Positions 29,570 to 39,003 are shown, numbered from the stretch's first letter. The stretch is DNA of 64,000 nt from Patescibacteria group bacterium (GCA_018817715.1 JAHITT010000004.1:19751-83750); one strand, 5' to 3'. Translations and numbers: made by a program. The notes: generated by a model not told the origin, from the sequence alone.

Positions 29570-29852
29570 TGTCATTGCAAGCGTAAATGACTTGTCCGCT
29601 TGTCATTGCGAGGAATGTAATGACGAAGCAATCTAAATCTTATGAACAACTTACTTAATCAAACCTGTCAGCCTTGCGAAGGAGGAAGCAATCCAGATCG
29701 CCTCAGTCCCCCGCGGCCGCGGGGTCTTTCGCGATGACAAAAAGAATATGTCACTACGAGGAAGAGGTCTCGCGCGTACGCGGGGGACGACTGACGTGGC
29801 AATCTAGACTGCCATGTTTCACCCGCCTTTGGCAGATTCGCTCGCAGTGACA
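29570..29852. repeat. Cluster of palindromic elements TGTCAYTGCGAG...GCAATCT in alternating orientation
   Basis: Units at ~29570 (partial), 29601-29634, ~29696-29739 (reverse), 29748-29805, 29806-29852 (reverse), with GC-rich internal hairpins. Confidence 0.7.
29642..29737 (+). pseudogene. Possible 5' relic of a pterin-4a-carbinolamine dehydratase (PhhB-like) gene
   Basis: MNNLLNQTCQPCEGG resembles the L...C.PCEGG N-terminus, then runs into a palindromic unit and stops. Confidence 0.45.
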
Positions 29853-29907
29853 TAATGATTTATAGTTTTATTTCATCTTTTAAATTCTAAGTTTATTCAA
29901 CTAACCA

Positions 29908-29936
29908 TTGACAAATCCCCCATTTAGGTGTATTAT
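29908..29936 (+). promoter_or_regulatory. sigma70 promoter TTGACA-17-TATTAT
   Basis: Near-consensus match upstream of the 30.1-31.5 kb gene pair. Confidence 0.65.
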
Positions 29937-30108
29937 ATATAGTTATTTATTATGCCCAAGTCGTAATAAATAGCCAGTTTTTTAACAAACATTTATCTTG
30001 GTTGATTTATTAAGGGGAAAAGAATAGCTAACTGACCAAACCGGTTATAACTAGTTTGACTCAGCTGGGCTATTTATTTAATTAAACAGTTTTTTAAAAC
30101 AAAGTTTA

Positions 30109-30771
30109 ATGGCTTCCCCTAATAAACTAATCAAGATAAATTATAAATCACAAAAACACAGGAAGGACAAAATGAAAATATTAATTAAAAAACAAGACGG
30201 CGGAATTAAACGCCGTTCAGAAATTACAGCAACGGTAGGTAAAATCTGCCACGGTAATCCTCGAGAAAACGGCGATCTGGAAATTTCTATTATTAATGGC
30301 TCAGCCGAAGACTTAGTTAAATTAACCAATGCTGGCATTCCATTTATGGTCGTTATAGAAAATTCTAAAAAACTTAAAAAGAAAAATTATGAAATATTTT
30401 TCTTTTTCTTGGTAATAATCATAGGTCTAATCTTGGCCATAACAAGTCCTCACTTAGCCAATGAAAACAAATTTGTTTCCATCGGCGGTGGAGCTTTGTA
30501 TTTAATTTTTAGTACTTTGTTTTTATACTACCGTAAAACAAAAATTTCCGGACCAGCCAGAATATTATTCTACTCATGCAGTTTATTCCTTACCCTAATT
30601 GGTACTTACGGCGTTGTTAAATTTCCTTTAATAAACAGCCTAGACCAAATGGGTTTACTGATAAAAATTCTGGAATGGATACTGTCATTATTCATCCTTG
30701 GGGTTACTATTCAAATAAGTTTAAAACACTTAAAAATCAATAACACAACATTCCCCGGCGCCGAGGACTAA
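30109..30771 (+). CDS. Hypothetical membrane protein (4 C-terminal TM)
   Basis: Long ORF with hydrophobic helices; likely start ATG 30171 after AGGAAGG. Confidence 0.6.
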   Translation: MASPNKLIKINYKSQKHRKDKMKILIKKQDGGIKRRSEITATVGKICHGNPRENGDLEISIINGSAEDLVKLTNAGIPFMVVIENSKKLKKKNYEIFFFFLVIIIGLILAITSPHLANENKFVSIGGGALYLIFSTLFLYYRKTKISGPARILFYSCSLFLTLIGTYGVVKFPLINSLDQMGLLIKILEWILSLFILGVTIQISLKHLKINNTTFPGAED

Positions 30772-30790
30772 ATCGGGCAAGGAGAAAAAA

Positions 30791-31513
30791 GTGAAAAAGG
30801 TAAATTTATTCTTTTATCTGTTAACAGTAATCGCAATAATTTCCTTTTCTGGTTGTAGTAATGATGACGGAGTTGATGTCGTTAATGACATCACACCAGT
30901 TAATAACTGGTCGCCGGCTAAATTAGCGGTGCTAGACAGTTTAAAAAACGTACCAGTTACCAACAGACAAAATTATCTGCAGGCAAATTGGCCATCATTA
31001 AGCACCGACCTGGTTTTATTCTTGAAAAACCGCAACAAAATACCATCCACTGCCGCTATTGATTCAATCGTCTATAAATACGGCAGCGCCAAAGAAATTA
31101 AAGCCGAAGACGGTTCGGGAACAATTCATCAGGGGTATTTCGACAACCAACTGGTAGCCTATGTTTACGTTAAAAATTCTAAAAAACCTTTAACTATATT
31201 GGTGCGATGTACTAACGGTATGTTCAGCCTACCCGAAGATCTTGAATACGTAAAAACCGATACCAATTTCGAATTTACCATTGAAAAAACCAAAGGTATT
31301 GCCTACTACGTCGGTACCAATGAAACAGCCATCAATCTGGCAGAACACTTCGGCCTTAACCTTTATAAAGGCAAAGGCATTAACAAAAAAAGGTTAATCT
31401 CCCCGATACAGGCTAGATTGTTAAACACCAATGAAATTCAATTAACTGTCTTGGTATATACTGGCGATTATTTTAACTTAAACACCATGACCTATCGCTC
31501 AGCTAAAAAATAA
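30791..31513 (+). CDS. Hypothetical lipoprotein
   Basis: Signal peptide with FSGC lipobox; AAGGAG SD. Confidence 0.65.
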   Translation: MKKVNLFFYLLTVIAIISFSGCSNDDGVDVVNDITPVNNWSPAKLAVLDSLKNVPVTNRQNYLQANWPSLSTDLVLFLKNRNKIPSTAAIDSIVYKYGSAKEIKAEDGSGTIHQGYFDNQLVAYVYVKNSKKPLTILVRCTNGMFSLPEDLEYVKTDTNFEFTIEKTKGIAYYVGTNETAINLAEHFGLNLYKGKGINKKRLISPIQARLLNTNEIQLTVLVYTGDYFNLNTMTYRSAKK

Positions 31514-31535
31514 AATTAACTAACATATTTTATCT

Positions 31536-31567
31536 CAGCGGCTTAAAACTTATAGCCGCTGTTTTTT
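31536..31567 (+). terminator. Intrinsic terminator
   Basis: CAGCGGCT...AGCCGCTG-TTTTTT. Confidence 0.75.
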
Positions 31568-31585
31568 ATTTCCCATTTTCCCTGC

Positions 31586-31617
31586 GGGGATTTATGTCCA
31601 GGTGGACATAAATCCCC
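31586..31617. repeat. REP-like perfect inverted repeat
   Basis: GGGGATTTATGTCC-AGGT-GGACATAAATCCCC. Confidence 0.55.
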
Positions 31618-31719
31618 ACAAACACTTTTTAACTCCTAATTTTACCTTCTATCTTCCATTATTCAACCTCTTGCTTTTTAACTTAGTTAGTGTTATAGTA
31701 CTGTGTTATCATAAATGTT

Positions 31720-33195
31720 ATGACTACTTTCTCAGATATTAAACAATTAGTCCTAAAAAACAATCCTAACGCCGATACCACTATGCTGGAATTGGCGTAT
31801 GACTTCGCTGTTAAGGCCCATGCCGGCCAAAAAAGGTTAGATGGTACTGATTACATCCAACACTCCTTAGAAACAGCTTATACTTTAGCTCACATGAACC
31901 TGGATTTATCCACGGTTATTGCCGGCCTGCTACATGACGTGCCCGAAGATACACCCATAACTTTGGAAGAAGTTGCCAAAGAATTTGGTCCCGAAGTCGG
32001 TAAACTGGTTAAAGGTATTACTAAATTAAGCAAACTTAAATATCGTGGGTTGGAACGTTATGCGGAAAATTTAAGAAAAATGTTCGTAGCTATGGCCGAA
32101 GACGTGCGGGTGGTGCTTATTAAGCTGGCTGACCGACTGCATAATTTGTCCACTCTCTCGGCCCTGCCACCAGTAAAACAACAGCGTATTGCTCGGGAAA
32201 CTTTAGAAATTTATGCTCCCATAGCCAATCGCTTGGGTATTGGTGAACTAAAAGGTCAATTAGAAGACTTAGCTTTTAAATATGTTTATCCAGAAGAATA
32301 TGCCTGGGTGGTTAAAACCTCTACCAGTAGAATGGAAGACCAAATCTCCTACAGCCAAGATTTAATTAAAGAAGTTATTAAATTATTAGAAAAAAATAAC
32401 ATTGCCTATAATTCCGTACACGGCCGGGTTAAACATCACTACAGTTTATATAAAAAACTGCTGCGCAAAGACATGGATATTAGCAAAGTTTACGACCTAG
32501 TAGCCCTAAGAGTAATTGTGCCTGATGTAGCCGCTTGCTACCAAGCCTTAGGGGCTGTCCACAGCCGCTGGAAACCAATGACCGGTCGCATTAAAGATTA
32601 TATTGCTCAACCCAAACCCAATGGTTACCGTTCTTTGCACACCACAGTATTTTGCGACCAAGGACGTATTGTAGAATTTCAAATTCGCGATCAACAAATG
32701 CACGATAATGCTGAATATGGTATTGCCGCCCACTGGAAATTCAAAGATTCCAGCAAGGCCCAATTAAGCATTCCGCCCGAACAATTAAAATGGATTAAAG
32801 AACTACTAGATTGGCAAAAAGAAATCACCGACAATGATCAATACTTAAAAGCTTTAACTATTGATATTTTTCAAAACCGTATTTTTGTTTTTACACCCAA
32901 AGGCGATGTTATAGATTTGCCCGAAGAAGCCACGCCAGTGGATTTTGCCTATCATATTCATTCCGATATTGGTAACCATTGCTCCGGTGCCCGAATCAAC
33001 GAAAAAATTGCCCCTCTAGAAACTAAATTATTAAGTGGCGATTTGGTAGAAATAATTGTTGATAAAAATCGTGGTGGCCCCAGCGAAGATTGGCTAAAGT
33101 TTATAAAAACCAATCAGGCCAAAAATCATATTAAAAGTTATTATAAGAAAAAACGCCGCAACTTCCTAAATATTTTTTCCCGAACTAAAGAATAA
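31720..33195 (+). CDS. RelA/SpoT family protein (HD + synthetase + TGS, no ACT)
   Basis: AGLLHDV, IKLADRLHN, YAPIANRLG, PKPNGYRSLHT, FTPKG..LP..ATPVDFAY. Confidence 0.93.
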   Translation: MTTFSDIKQLVLKNNPNADTTMLELAYDFAVKAHAGQKRLDGTDYIQHSLETAYTLAHMNLDLSTVIAGLLHDVPEDTPITLEEVAKEFGPEVGKLVKGITKLSKLKYRGLERYAENLRKMFVAMAEDVRVVLIKLADRLHNLSTLSALPPVKQQRIARETLEIYAPIANRLGIGELKGQLEDLAFKYVYPEEYAWVVKTSTSRMEDQISYSQDLIKEVIKLLEKNNIAYNSVHGRVKHHYSLYKKLLRKDMDISKVYDLVALRVIVPDVAACYQALGAVHSRWKPMTGRIKDYIAQPKPNGYRSLHTTVFCDQGRIVEFQIRDQQMHDNAEYGIAAHWKFKDSSKAQLSIPPEQLKWIKELLDWQKEITDNDQYLKALTIDIFQNRIFVFTPKGDVIDLPEEATPVDFAYHIHSDIGNHCSGARINEKIAPLETKLLSGDLVEIIVDKNRGGPSEDWLKFIKTNQAKNHIKSYYKKKRRNFLNIFSRTKE

Positions 33196-33199
33196 GCCC

Positions 33200-33293
33200 T
33201 AATAAATCACAAATTTTAAATCCTAATTTCTAAATAATCCCCAATACTCAATTTTGGGAATTATTTAAGATTTAGATTTTAGGATTTAGGATT
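33200..33293. repeat. Inverted degenerate heptamer arrays between convergent genes
   Basis: AAATCAC/AAATCCT-like units on the left; TTTAGGA/TTTAGAT-like units on the right. Confidence 0.5.
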
Positions 33294-34205
33294 TTATTCC
33301 CCTGCTTTCTTAATTTTTTCCACCAAACCCATTAAATCCTCACTGGAATAAAATTCCAAAATTATTTTACCCTTGTTTAAACTACCGCTAATTTTTACCT
33401 TGGTGCCTAAAATATTTTGCAATTGTTGTTGCCAAGCTTTTAATTGAACCGAGGTGGTTGGTACAACCGCTGTTTTGTTAGCTTTTAAACTATGAACCTT
33501 AGCTTCGGCCAAACGAACCGGCAAACCTTCCAAAGTTATTAACCTAAAAAACTTTTCCTGTTCAAAGGGCGTGTCCAAACTCATTATTACTTTAGCGTGA
33601 CCAAAAGTTATTTTACCCTCACTTAAAGCCTGCTTGATGCTATCGGGTAAATCTAACAAACGCAAAGTATTGGCAATTTGCGGACGCGATTTACCAACTC
33701 GCTGGGCAATTTGTTCCTGCGTTAAACTGAACTCTTCTTGCAATTGTTTATAAGCCACGGCTTCTTCCAAAGGATTTAAATTCTGGCGTTGAATATTTTC
33801 CACCAAAGCCAACTCCAATCTTTCCTGATCTTTAACCTGCCTTAAAATGGCTGGCACTTGTTTTAAACCGGCTGTTACAGCGGCGCGTAAACGCCGCTCC
33901 CCAGCAATTAGCTCGTATTTACCGCTCGGCAACTGACTAACTGTCAAAGGCTGCAAAATACCGTGAGTCTTTACCGAAGCTACTAAATCAGCCAAATCCT
34001 CGGCATTAAAATTTTGCCTAGGCTGGCGTGAATTAGCCGCAATCTCTTTAGGATTTAAATAATGTACCCGCTCCCCACCGCCACCGCTGGCAGCCACCTC
34101 TGGCGGTTGAGGGGTAGCTTCGTTACCCCAATAATTCGTACTACCGGATTTTTTTTGCGGTATTAAGGAATTTAATCCCTTACCCAATTTAAATGGTTTG
34201 GCCAT
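33294..34205 (-). CDS. parB: Chromosome partition protein ParB
   Basis: LGKGLNSLI, QPR..F, GILQP, IAGERRLRA, ENIQR..LNPLEEA. Confidence 0.95.
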   Translation of the reverse strand: MAKPFKLGKGLNSLIPQKKSGSTNYWGNEATPQPPEVAASGGGGERVHYLNPKEIAANSRQPRQNFNAEDLADLVASVKTHGILQPLTVSQLPSGKYELIAGERRLRAAVTAGLKQVPAILRQVKDQERLELALVENIQRQNLNPLEEAVAYKQLQEEFSLTQEQIAQRVGKSRPQIANTLRLLDLPDSIKQALSEGKITFGHAKVIMSLDTPFEQEKFFRLITLEGLPVRLAEAKVHSLKANKTAVVPTTSVQLKAWQQQLQNILGTKVKISGSLNKGKIILEFYSSEDLMGLVEKIKKAGE

Positions 34206-34980
34206 AAGTTGTTTGTGATTCTAATATTTTTAAAACTTCCTCGGCTAGCAACCGATAAGCTTCGGCGCCCCGTGAAGCCGCGTCGTACACCATAACAGGC
34301 TGGCCATAGCTAGGGGCTTCGGCCAGGCGCACATTGCGCGGTATCATAGTCATAAATAATTTATTAGGAAAATGATTTTTTAACTCCTGCACCACCGCAT
34401 TAGCCAAACGATTCCTAGAATCGTACATGGTTACCAAAGCGCCCAAAATATCCAAACTGTTGTTTAAATGTTCCTGAATCAAATTAATTGTATTCATTAA
34501 CTGACCCAAGCCTTCCAAAGCATAATATTCAGCCTGAATGGGTATTAAAACTTGCTGAGCAGCTGTTAAACCATTAACTGTTAATAAACCCAAAGAAGGC
34601 GGGCAATCAATTAAAATATAATCATAATCAGCACTCACTTTTTCTAAAGCCTCTTTAAGTTTGTATTCCCTGTTCTCGGCGCCAACCAATTCTACAGCCG
34701 CGCCAGCTAAATCGGCCTGAGCCGGTAAAATAGATAAATTTTCATAACTGGTTTTTTGAATAACTTCTTTAATACTGTTAGGTTCTAGCAAAACATGATA
34801 AACATGGGGCTGTTCCGTTTCGTTATTAGCGCCTACGCCGGCCGAGGCATTACCCTGCGGATCTATATCCACTAACAAAATTCTTCGGCCAGCCCGGGCA
34901 AAATAAGCCGCCAGGTTAACTGCTGTTGTTGTTTTACCTACGCCACCTTTTTGATTTACTAAAGCAATAATTTTTGACAT
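34189..34980 (-). CDS. parA: Chromosome partition ATPase ParA/Soj
   Basis: NQKGGVGKTTT, DIDPQGNA, DCPPSLG, IPRNVRLAEAPS. Confidence 0.96.
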   Translation of the reverse strand: MSKIIALVNQKGGVGKTTTAVNLAAYFARAGRRILLVDIDPQGNASAGVGANNETEQPHVYHVLLEPNSIKEVIQKTSYENLSILPAQADLAGAAVELVGAENREYKLKEALEKVSADYDYILIDCPPSLGLLTVNGLTAAQQVLIPIQAEYYALEGLGQLMNTINLIQEHLNNSLDILGALVTMYDSRNRLANAVVQELKNHFPNKLFMTMIPRNVRLAEAPSYGQPVMVYDAASRGAEAYRLLAEEVLKILESQTTYGQTI

Positions 34981-35080
34981 AACACCTTATTAGTATAATG
35001 TCCCACAGCCTCTTTGACAATTCAATCAAGTCTTATTATTATAAGGTATGCTTAAAAAGATACAGTTCTTTTAGTTTTTA

Positions 35081-35165
35081 GGGCATGTGGCGGAACTGGT
35101 ATACGCATACGACTCAAAATCGTACGGAGAAATCCATGTGGGTTCGACTCCCACCATGCCCACCA
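35081..35165 (+). tRNA. tRNA-Leu(CAA)
   Basis: Cloverleaf with TACGA-CT-CAA-AA-TCGTA, long variable arm, encoded CCA. Confidence 0.95.
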
Positions 35166-35262
35166 AAATAGTTTCTAATTTATAGTCAATAGTTAGTGGC
35201 CAATGGCTAATGGCTTGTCAGACAAATTCAAATAAGCTATCTTTAAGCAGTTAGTTTAATAT

Positions 35263-35337
35263 CGCGGGGTGGAGAAGTGGCATCTCGCCTGGCTCATAAC
35301 CAGGAGATCGCGGGTTCAAGTCCCGCCCCCGCAACCA
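35263..35337 (+). tRNA. Initiator tRNA-fMet(CAT)
   Basis: C1:A72 mismatch, A11-U24, anticodon CAT, encoded CCA. Confidence 0.93.
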
Positions 35338-35471
35338 AGCACCACTCGCTCTTTCTAAGAGCTTCGGATGCTTGGCAAGCCAAATCATTAATGATAAGGC
35401 CTGCCATAAGTGTTTATAAGGGAGAGTGATGCTTGCAGTGAACCCATAGTGGTTCACTGTTATCAAATACA

Positions 35472-35756
35472 ATGACAAAGTCTTTTTATTACGTTTACGT
35501 ATTACTAAGCCTTAAAGATAGAAGGTTTTATATTGGTTTAACCAGTAATTTAAAGAAAAGATTTACTGACCATAATAAGGGCAGAAATATATCAACGGCA
35601 GGGCGTTTACCTTTCCAATTAATATTCTATGAATCCTTTTTAGATAAAATCGATGCCCTGCGTCGGGAAAGATATTTTAAAACCAGCAAAGGTAAAATAA
35701 CTTTACGATTAATGTTAAAAGAATATTTGTTAAGGCAGGGTAGCTCAGTTGGTTAG
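35472..35756 (+). CDS. Small GIY-YIG nuclease family protein
   Basis: YYVYVLLS...FYIGLT.NL.KR...HN.G, A.RRERYFK. Confidence 0.9.
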   Translation: MTKSFYYVYVLLSLKDRRFYIGLTSNLKKRFTDHNKGRNISTAGRLPFQLIFYESFLDKIDALRRERYFKTSKGKITLRLMLKEYLLRQGSSVG

Positions 35757-35810
35757 AGCGAGGGACTCATAAGCCCTAGGCCGTGGGTTCGATCCCCACC
35801 CCTGCTACCA
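35734..35810 (+). tRNA. tRNA-Met(CAT), elongator-type (Ile2 not fully excluded)
   Basis: GGCAGGG/CCCTGCT acceptor stem, CTCATAA loop, TTCGA, encoded CCA. Confidence 0.88.
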
Positions 35811-35952
35811 TAGGAATTTGATGAAAAGAGCCTGTTTTTACAGGTCTTTTTTCATTTGGGGAGGAAAGCGAACTCGTGGCGTTGACCACCAGTTGCCCAA
35901 AACATTTTTTATTTGCTAACATAAAGGCGACAGAGTATTAATTCTAAACCTT

Positions 35953-36414
35953 ATGTACCTAACAATTCACGCCGCTGCTGGACTTACTCTAGCCAAATAC
36001 ATTCCCAATCCTTTTATAGCTTTTATCGCTGGGGTACTGTCCCACCTTATTTTAGATGCCATACCGCACGGCGATGAATATTTAAACGATAGCAGTTTAG
36101 TCGCCTGGCTCAGGCGCCGCAGGTTTTTAGGCGCCGCCATTTTAGACAGCGTAACCATGCTAGGCTTTGTTCTACTTTATTTGTCCAATTTTCCCATAGC
36201 CAACAATAATACCGTCTTAGCCGCCGTGTTTGGCGCTTTGCTCCCCGACATTGTACAAGGCCTGCACTTTTTATCGCGCCGTAAGTGGCTTAAAAAATAT
36301 CATGCTTTCCATGCTGAAAAAATTAACAACTTGCCCAAACTTAATTTAAGCTGGCAAGTCGGCCTGCTAGTCCAAGTAATGACTTTAACTGCTCTATGGC
36401 TTTTAGCCATTTAA
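35953..36414 (+). CDS. Membrane protein, possible metal-dependent hydrolase
   Basis: HAAAG, SHLILDAIPH, LLPD and C-terminal His motifs within TM segments. Confidence 0.6.
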   Translation: MYLTIHAAAGLTLAKYIPNPFIAFIAGVLSHLILDAIPHGDEYLNDSSLVAWLRRRRFLGAAILDSVTMLGFVLLYLSNFPIANNNTVLAAVFGALLPDIVQGLHFLSRRKWLKKYHAFHAEKINNLPKLNLSWQVGLLVQVMTLTALWLLAI

Positions 36415-36424
36415 AAATCAAAAG

Positions 36425-37702
36425 CTAGGGTTTATACAAATTGCGCGGAAAAAATATGTTCCAGGTCCACTCCCAAGCCACCTGAATTTTTTTGCGCCCA
36501 GATAATAATTTGCTTAAATAAACTGTCCGCCACAACCACCAGGCTACTGGCCCTTCAAAAAACCAATTGCCTATTTCGGCCAAGGCTAGCCACTGGCCCA
36601 GGGAAACTAAATTGCCTTTGGATTTATAAACAAATTCCTTAAGCGGCTTATTTTTACGCTCCGCCCATAAATTATGGGCGGTAATTTTAGCCTGCCCAAC
36701 CGCCACCTGAGCCAGCTGTGGCAATAACTTATTAGTCTCCTTGTCCAGCAAAGCCGCGCTATCACCCAACACATAAACATTGGAATAATTAAACAATTGC
36801 AAATTAGATTGTATTTTTATTCGGCCGTTATTAACCATATCTAAATCACCTTGCCAAGCAATGGCTACTGGTTTTACCCCGGCTAACCAAATAACCAACT
36901 GACTGTTTATAAATTCACCAGACTTTAATTGTAAGCCAACCTGGTTAACCAAAGTAACTTCGGAATTAAATTTTATACTAACTCCTTGGGCAGTTAGTTT
37001 CTGCCTGGCCTGCTGACCAAACCTAGGGCTAAACTCTTTTAACAATTCCGAGCCGCGTTGCACTAAAATTATTTTTATCTTAGCGGCTAAAGCCGGATAC
37101 AGTTTAACTACTGTGCCTTTTACCAAATGGCTTAATTCCGCCGCCATTTCCACGCCGGTCGGTCCGCCGCCCACTATAACCCAAGTCAAAAGTTTTTCCA
37201 GCTTTAATTGTTGCTGGCTATCCTCCCATAAATTAGTAGCCTGCTCCAAATTAGCTATCAGCTGATTTTTTATAGCTAAAGCCTCAGCCAAAGTTTTTAA
37301 AGGCCAACTATTTTCTAAAGCACCCGACACTTTAAACCAATTAGTCCTAGTACCGGGCGCCACTACTAAATAATCATAAACCAAGGACCGGCCGGCTTTA
37401 GTAACTACTTGGCGACTGTCTAAATTTACAGTTTTAACTTCGTCTAAAATTATTTTTATGTTAGCCGGAAATTTATTTCTTAACGGCTCTACCACATTAC
37501 CAGCCGACAAACTACCAGCGGCCACTTCATGAAGCAATGGCGTAAACAAAAAATAATTAACCGACGTTATTAAACTTATATCAAAATCTGGCCAGCCACC
37601 TTGTTTTTTTAAATACCATAGACTATATAAACCAGCAAAACCACTACCAATTATTAACAACCGAGGTTTAGTTAATCTACCTGGATTAATCATAGTCCCC
37701 AT
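36425..37702 (-). CDS. ndh: Type II NADH dehydrogenase
   Basis: IIGSGFAG, FTPLLHEVA, VGGGPTGVEMA, GD, AQVA..QA, W.WRTVYL. Confidence 0.88.
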   Translation of the reverse strand: MGTMINPGRLTKPRLLIIGSGFAGLYSLWYLKKQGGWPDFDISLITSVNYFLFTPLLHEVAAGSLSAGNVVEPLRNKFPANIKIILDEVKTVNLDSRQVVTKAGRSLVYDYLVVAPGTRTNWFKVSGALENSWPLKTLAEALAIKNQLIANLEQATNLWEDSQQQLKLEKLLTWVIVGGGPTGVEMAAELSHLVKGTVVKLYPALAAKIKIILVQRGSELLKEFSPRFGQQARQKLTAQGVSIKFNSEVTLVNQVGLQLKSGEFINSQLVIWLAGVKPVAIAWQGDLDMVNNGRIKIQSNLQLFNYSNVYVLGDSAALLDKETNKLLPQLAQVAVGQAKITAHNLWAERKNKPLKEFVYKSKGNLVSLGQWLALAEIGNWFFEGPVAWWLWRTVYLSKLLSGRKKIQVAWEWTWNIFFPRNLYKP

Positions 37703-37765
37703 TATAAACTATAAGCCCCTTATCGTGCTATAATAAATCTACTAAGTTTTAACCAAACTAAGCCT

Positions 37766-38665
37766 ATGTTAAAAAATATGTTAAGTAAAAAAAATCTCTG
37801 GCTGGCAGCCTTGGTTTTATTAACAACTGGTTTTCTAGTACCTTTTTTCAGCCAAGCCAGTGAAGAAGCTGTAACCACCGAAGCGGAAAATGTTATTATT
37901 TCCGAACAAGATGCCCCCTTAGTTAGGCAAGCTAAATTAAAGCAAGCCTGGGTTATTTATCGTGAAGTAGGCAGTCAGGATATTTATGCCTTAACCAAAA
38001 ATAAAACTAAACGAGCTATTAAAACTTTAGATTTTTTTACCGCCTATAATGCTAATTATCATCTAAAAGTAGTAGCTAAAGATCGCCTAACTGCTTACGC
38101 CACAGCCGAACCAATTAACTCGGAAACAATTTTAAATCCCGAAGATTTTATTAAAGCTGGCTGGCACTGGCGCTTAATTAAGGCCCAGGGCGACCCGGCT
38201 GTTTATTTGTTAGCCCCCGACGGAACTAAAAAACCAATCTTAGCTGAAGGAGTTTTCCACCGTTTCGGTTGGGAATTCAGAGACGTAGAAGAATTAACCA
38301 AAGAAGCTGTGGCTGCCCTGCCGACCGGCACCACCATTACCGACAATACTTTATTTGACGAAGAAATAATTGTTAGTTCCACCAACCAACGTTTAGAAAA
38401 AGAAACCTTACAAAAAAGACTGGAACTAAAAGGCAAGACTCAAGTAAAAACCCGTTTAATAAAAGCTATCGGTGATAACAAAGTCTATGTAATGGACGGC
38501 CAAGGCAATAAACATTTAGTAACCAATGAAAAAGCCGCTCAGAAATTTAAACTTAATTTTAAAAATATTACCGAAGTAACGGCCCAAGAACTTAAAGCTC
38601 TACCATTAGGCGGCCAAATTAACGAAACAACCACTTCAGTTAATTTAGAACAAATTATTAAATAA
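37766..38665 (+). CDS. Exported protein with three LIKA.GD..VY...G.K repeats
   Basis: Signal peptide and repeated motif. Confidence 0.6.
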   Translation: MLKNMLSKKNLWLAALVLLTTGFLVPFFSQASEEAVTTEAENVIISEQDAPLVRQAKLKQAWVIYREVGSQDIYALTKNKTKRAIKTLDFFTAYNANYHLKVVAKDRLTAYATAEPINSETILNPEDFIKAGWHWRLIKAQGDPAVYLLAPDGTKKPILAEGVFHRFGWEFRDVEELTKEAVAALPTGTTITDNTLFDEEIIVSSTNQRLEKETLQKRLELKGKTQVKTRLIKAIGDNKVYVMDGQGNKHLVTNEKAAQKFKLNFKNITEVTAQELKALPLGGQINETTTSVNLEQIIK

Positions 38666-38681
38666 TTTCTTACTCCTTACC

Positions 38682-38712
38682 AACTCCGTCCTGTTACCAG
38701 GGCGGAGTTTTT
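38682..38712 (+). terminator. Intrinsic terminator
   Basis: AACTCCGTCCTG-TTAC-CAGGGCGGAGTT then T run. Confidence 0.75.
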
Positions 38713-38762
38713 AAATTAAAAAAATAAATGTGCTATAATAGCCAAACTATGTTATTAAAAAA
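38708..38762 (+). repeat. 55-bp direct repeat, copy 1 (copy 2 at 41056-41110)
   Basis: TTTTTAAA(T/C)TAAAAAAATAAATGTGCTATAATAGCCAAACTATG(T/C)TATTAAAAAA, 2 mismatches. Confidence 0.85.
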
Positions 38763-38770
38763 GATTTTGA

Positions 38771-38842
38771 TATTGCAAATATAAATTACCAGAAGTATTA
38801 AAACTGTCATACTAATAAAAAGTGATTCCCTCATTAGTTTTT
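38771..38842 (-). pseudogene. Degenerate fragment of a CARDB repeat
   Basis: Aligns to ~40594-40665 (shared AAATATAAATTACCAGAAGTATTAAA and AAAAAGTGATT..CTCATTAGTTTTT) with substitutions and indels. Confidence 0.7.
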
Positions 38843-39003
38843 TAGGTTTTATATAGCCTTTGCCGTTCTTAACTTACTAATGTTAATAATTATTTGGATT
38901 GGCAGGTTGGCGCTTAAAATGTTATTTTAAAATTTCCGACCACTTCTTAATCTCTCCAATAATATCCTTCAAATTTTCGGAAACATCAGACTTTAAGACT
39001 ACT

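Noticed and set aside
29570-29852. Repeat cluster as a CRISPR array
   Set aside because: Units alternate in orientation, vary in sequence and spacing, and no cas genes are present
29668-29853. 61-aa ORF MSLRANLPKAGETWQSR
   Set aside because: Translation product of the palindromic repeats
33294-35080. oriC or parS near parAB
   Set aside because: No DnaA-box cluster, dnaA gene or parS palindrome noticed by eye
35251-35478. 75-aa minus-strand ORF containing WLRGRDLNPRSPGYEPG
   Set aside because: Antisense shadow of tRNA-fMet; no upstream recombinase body, unlike the tRNA-Asn case
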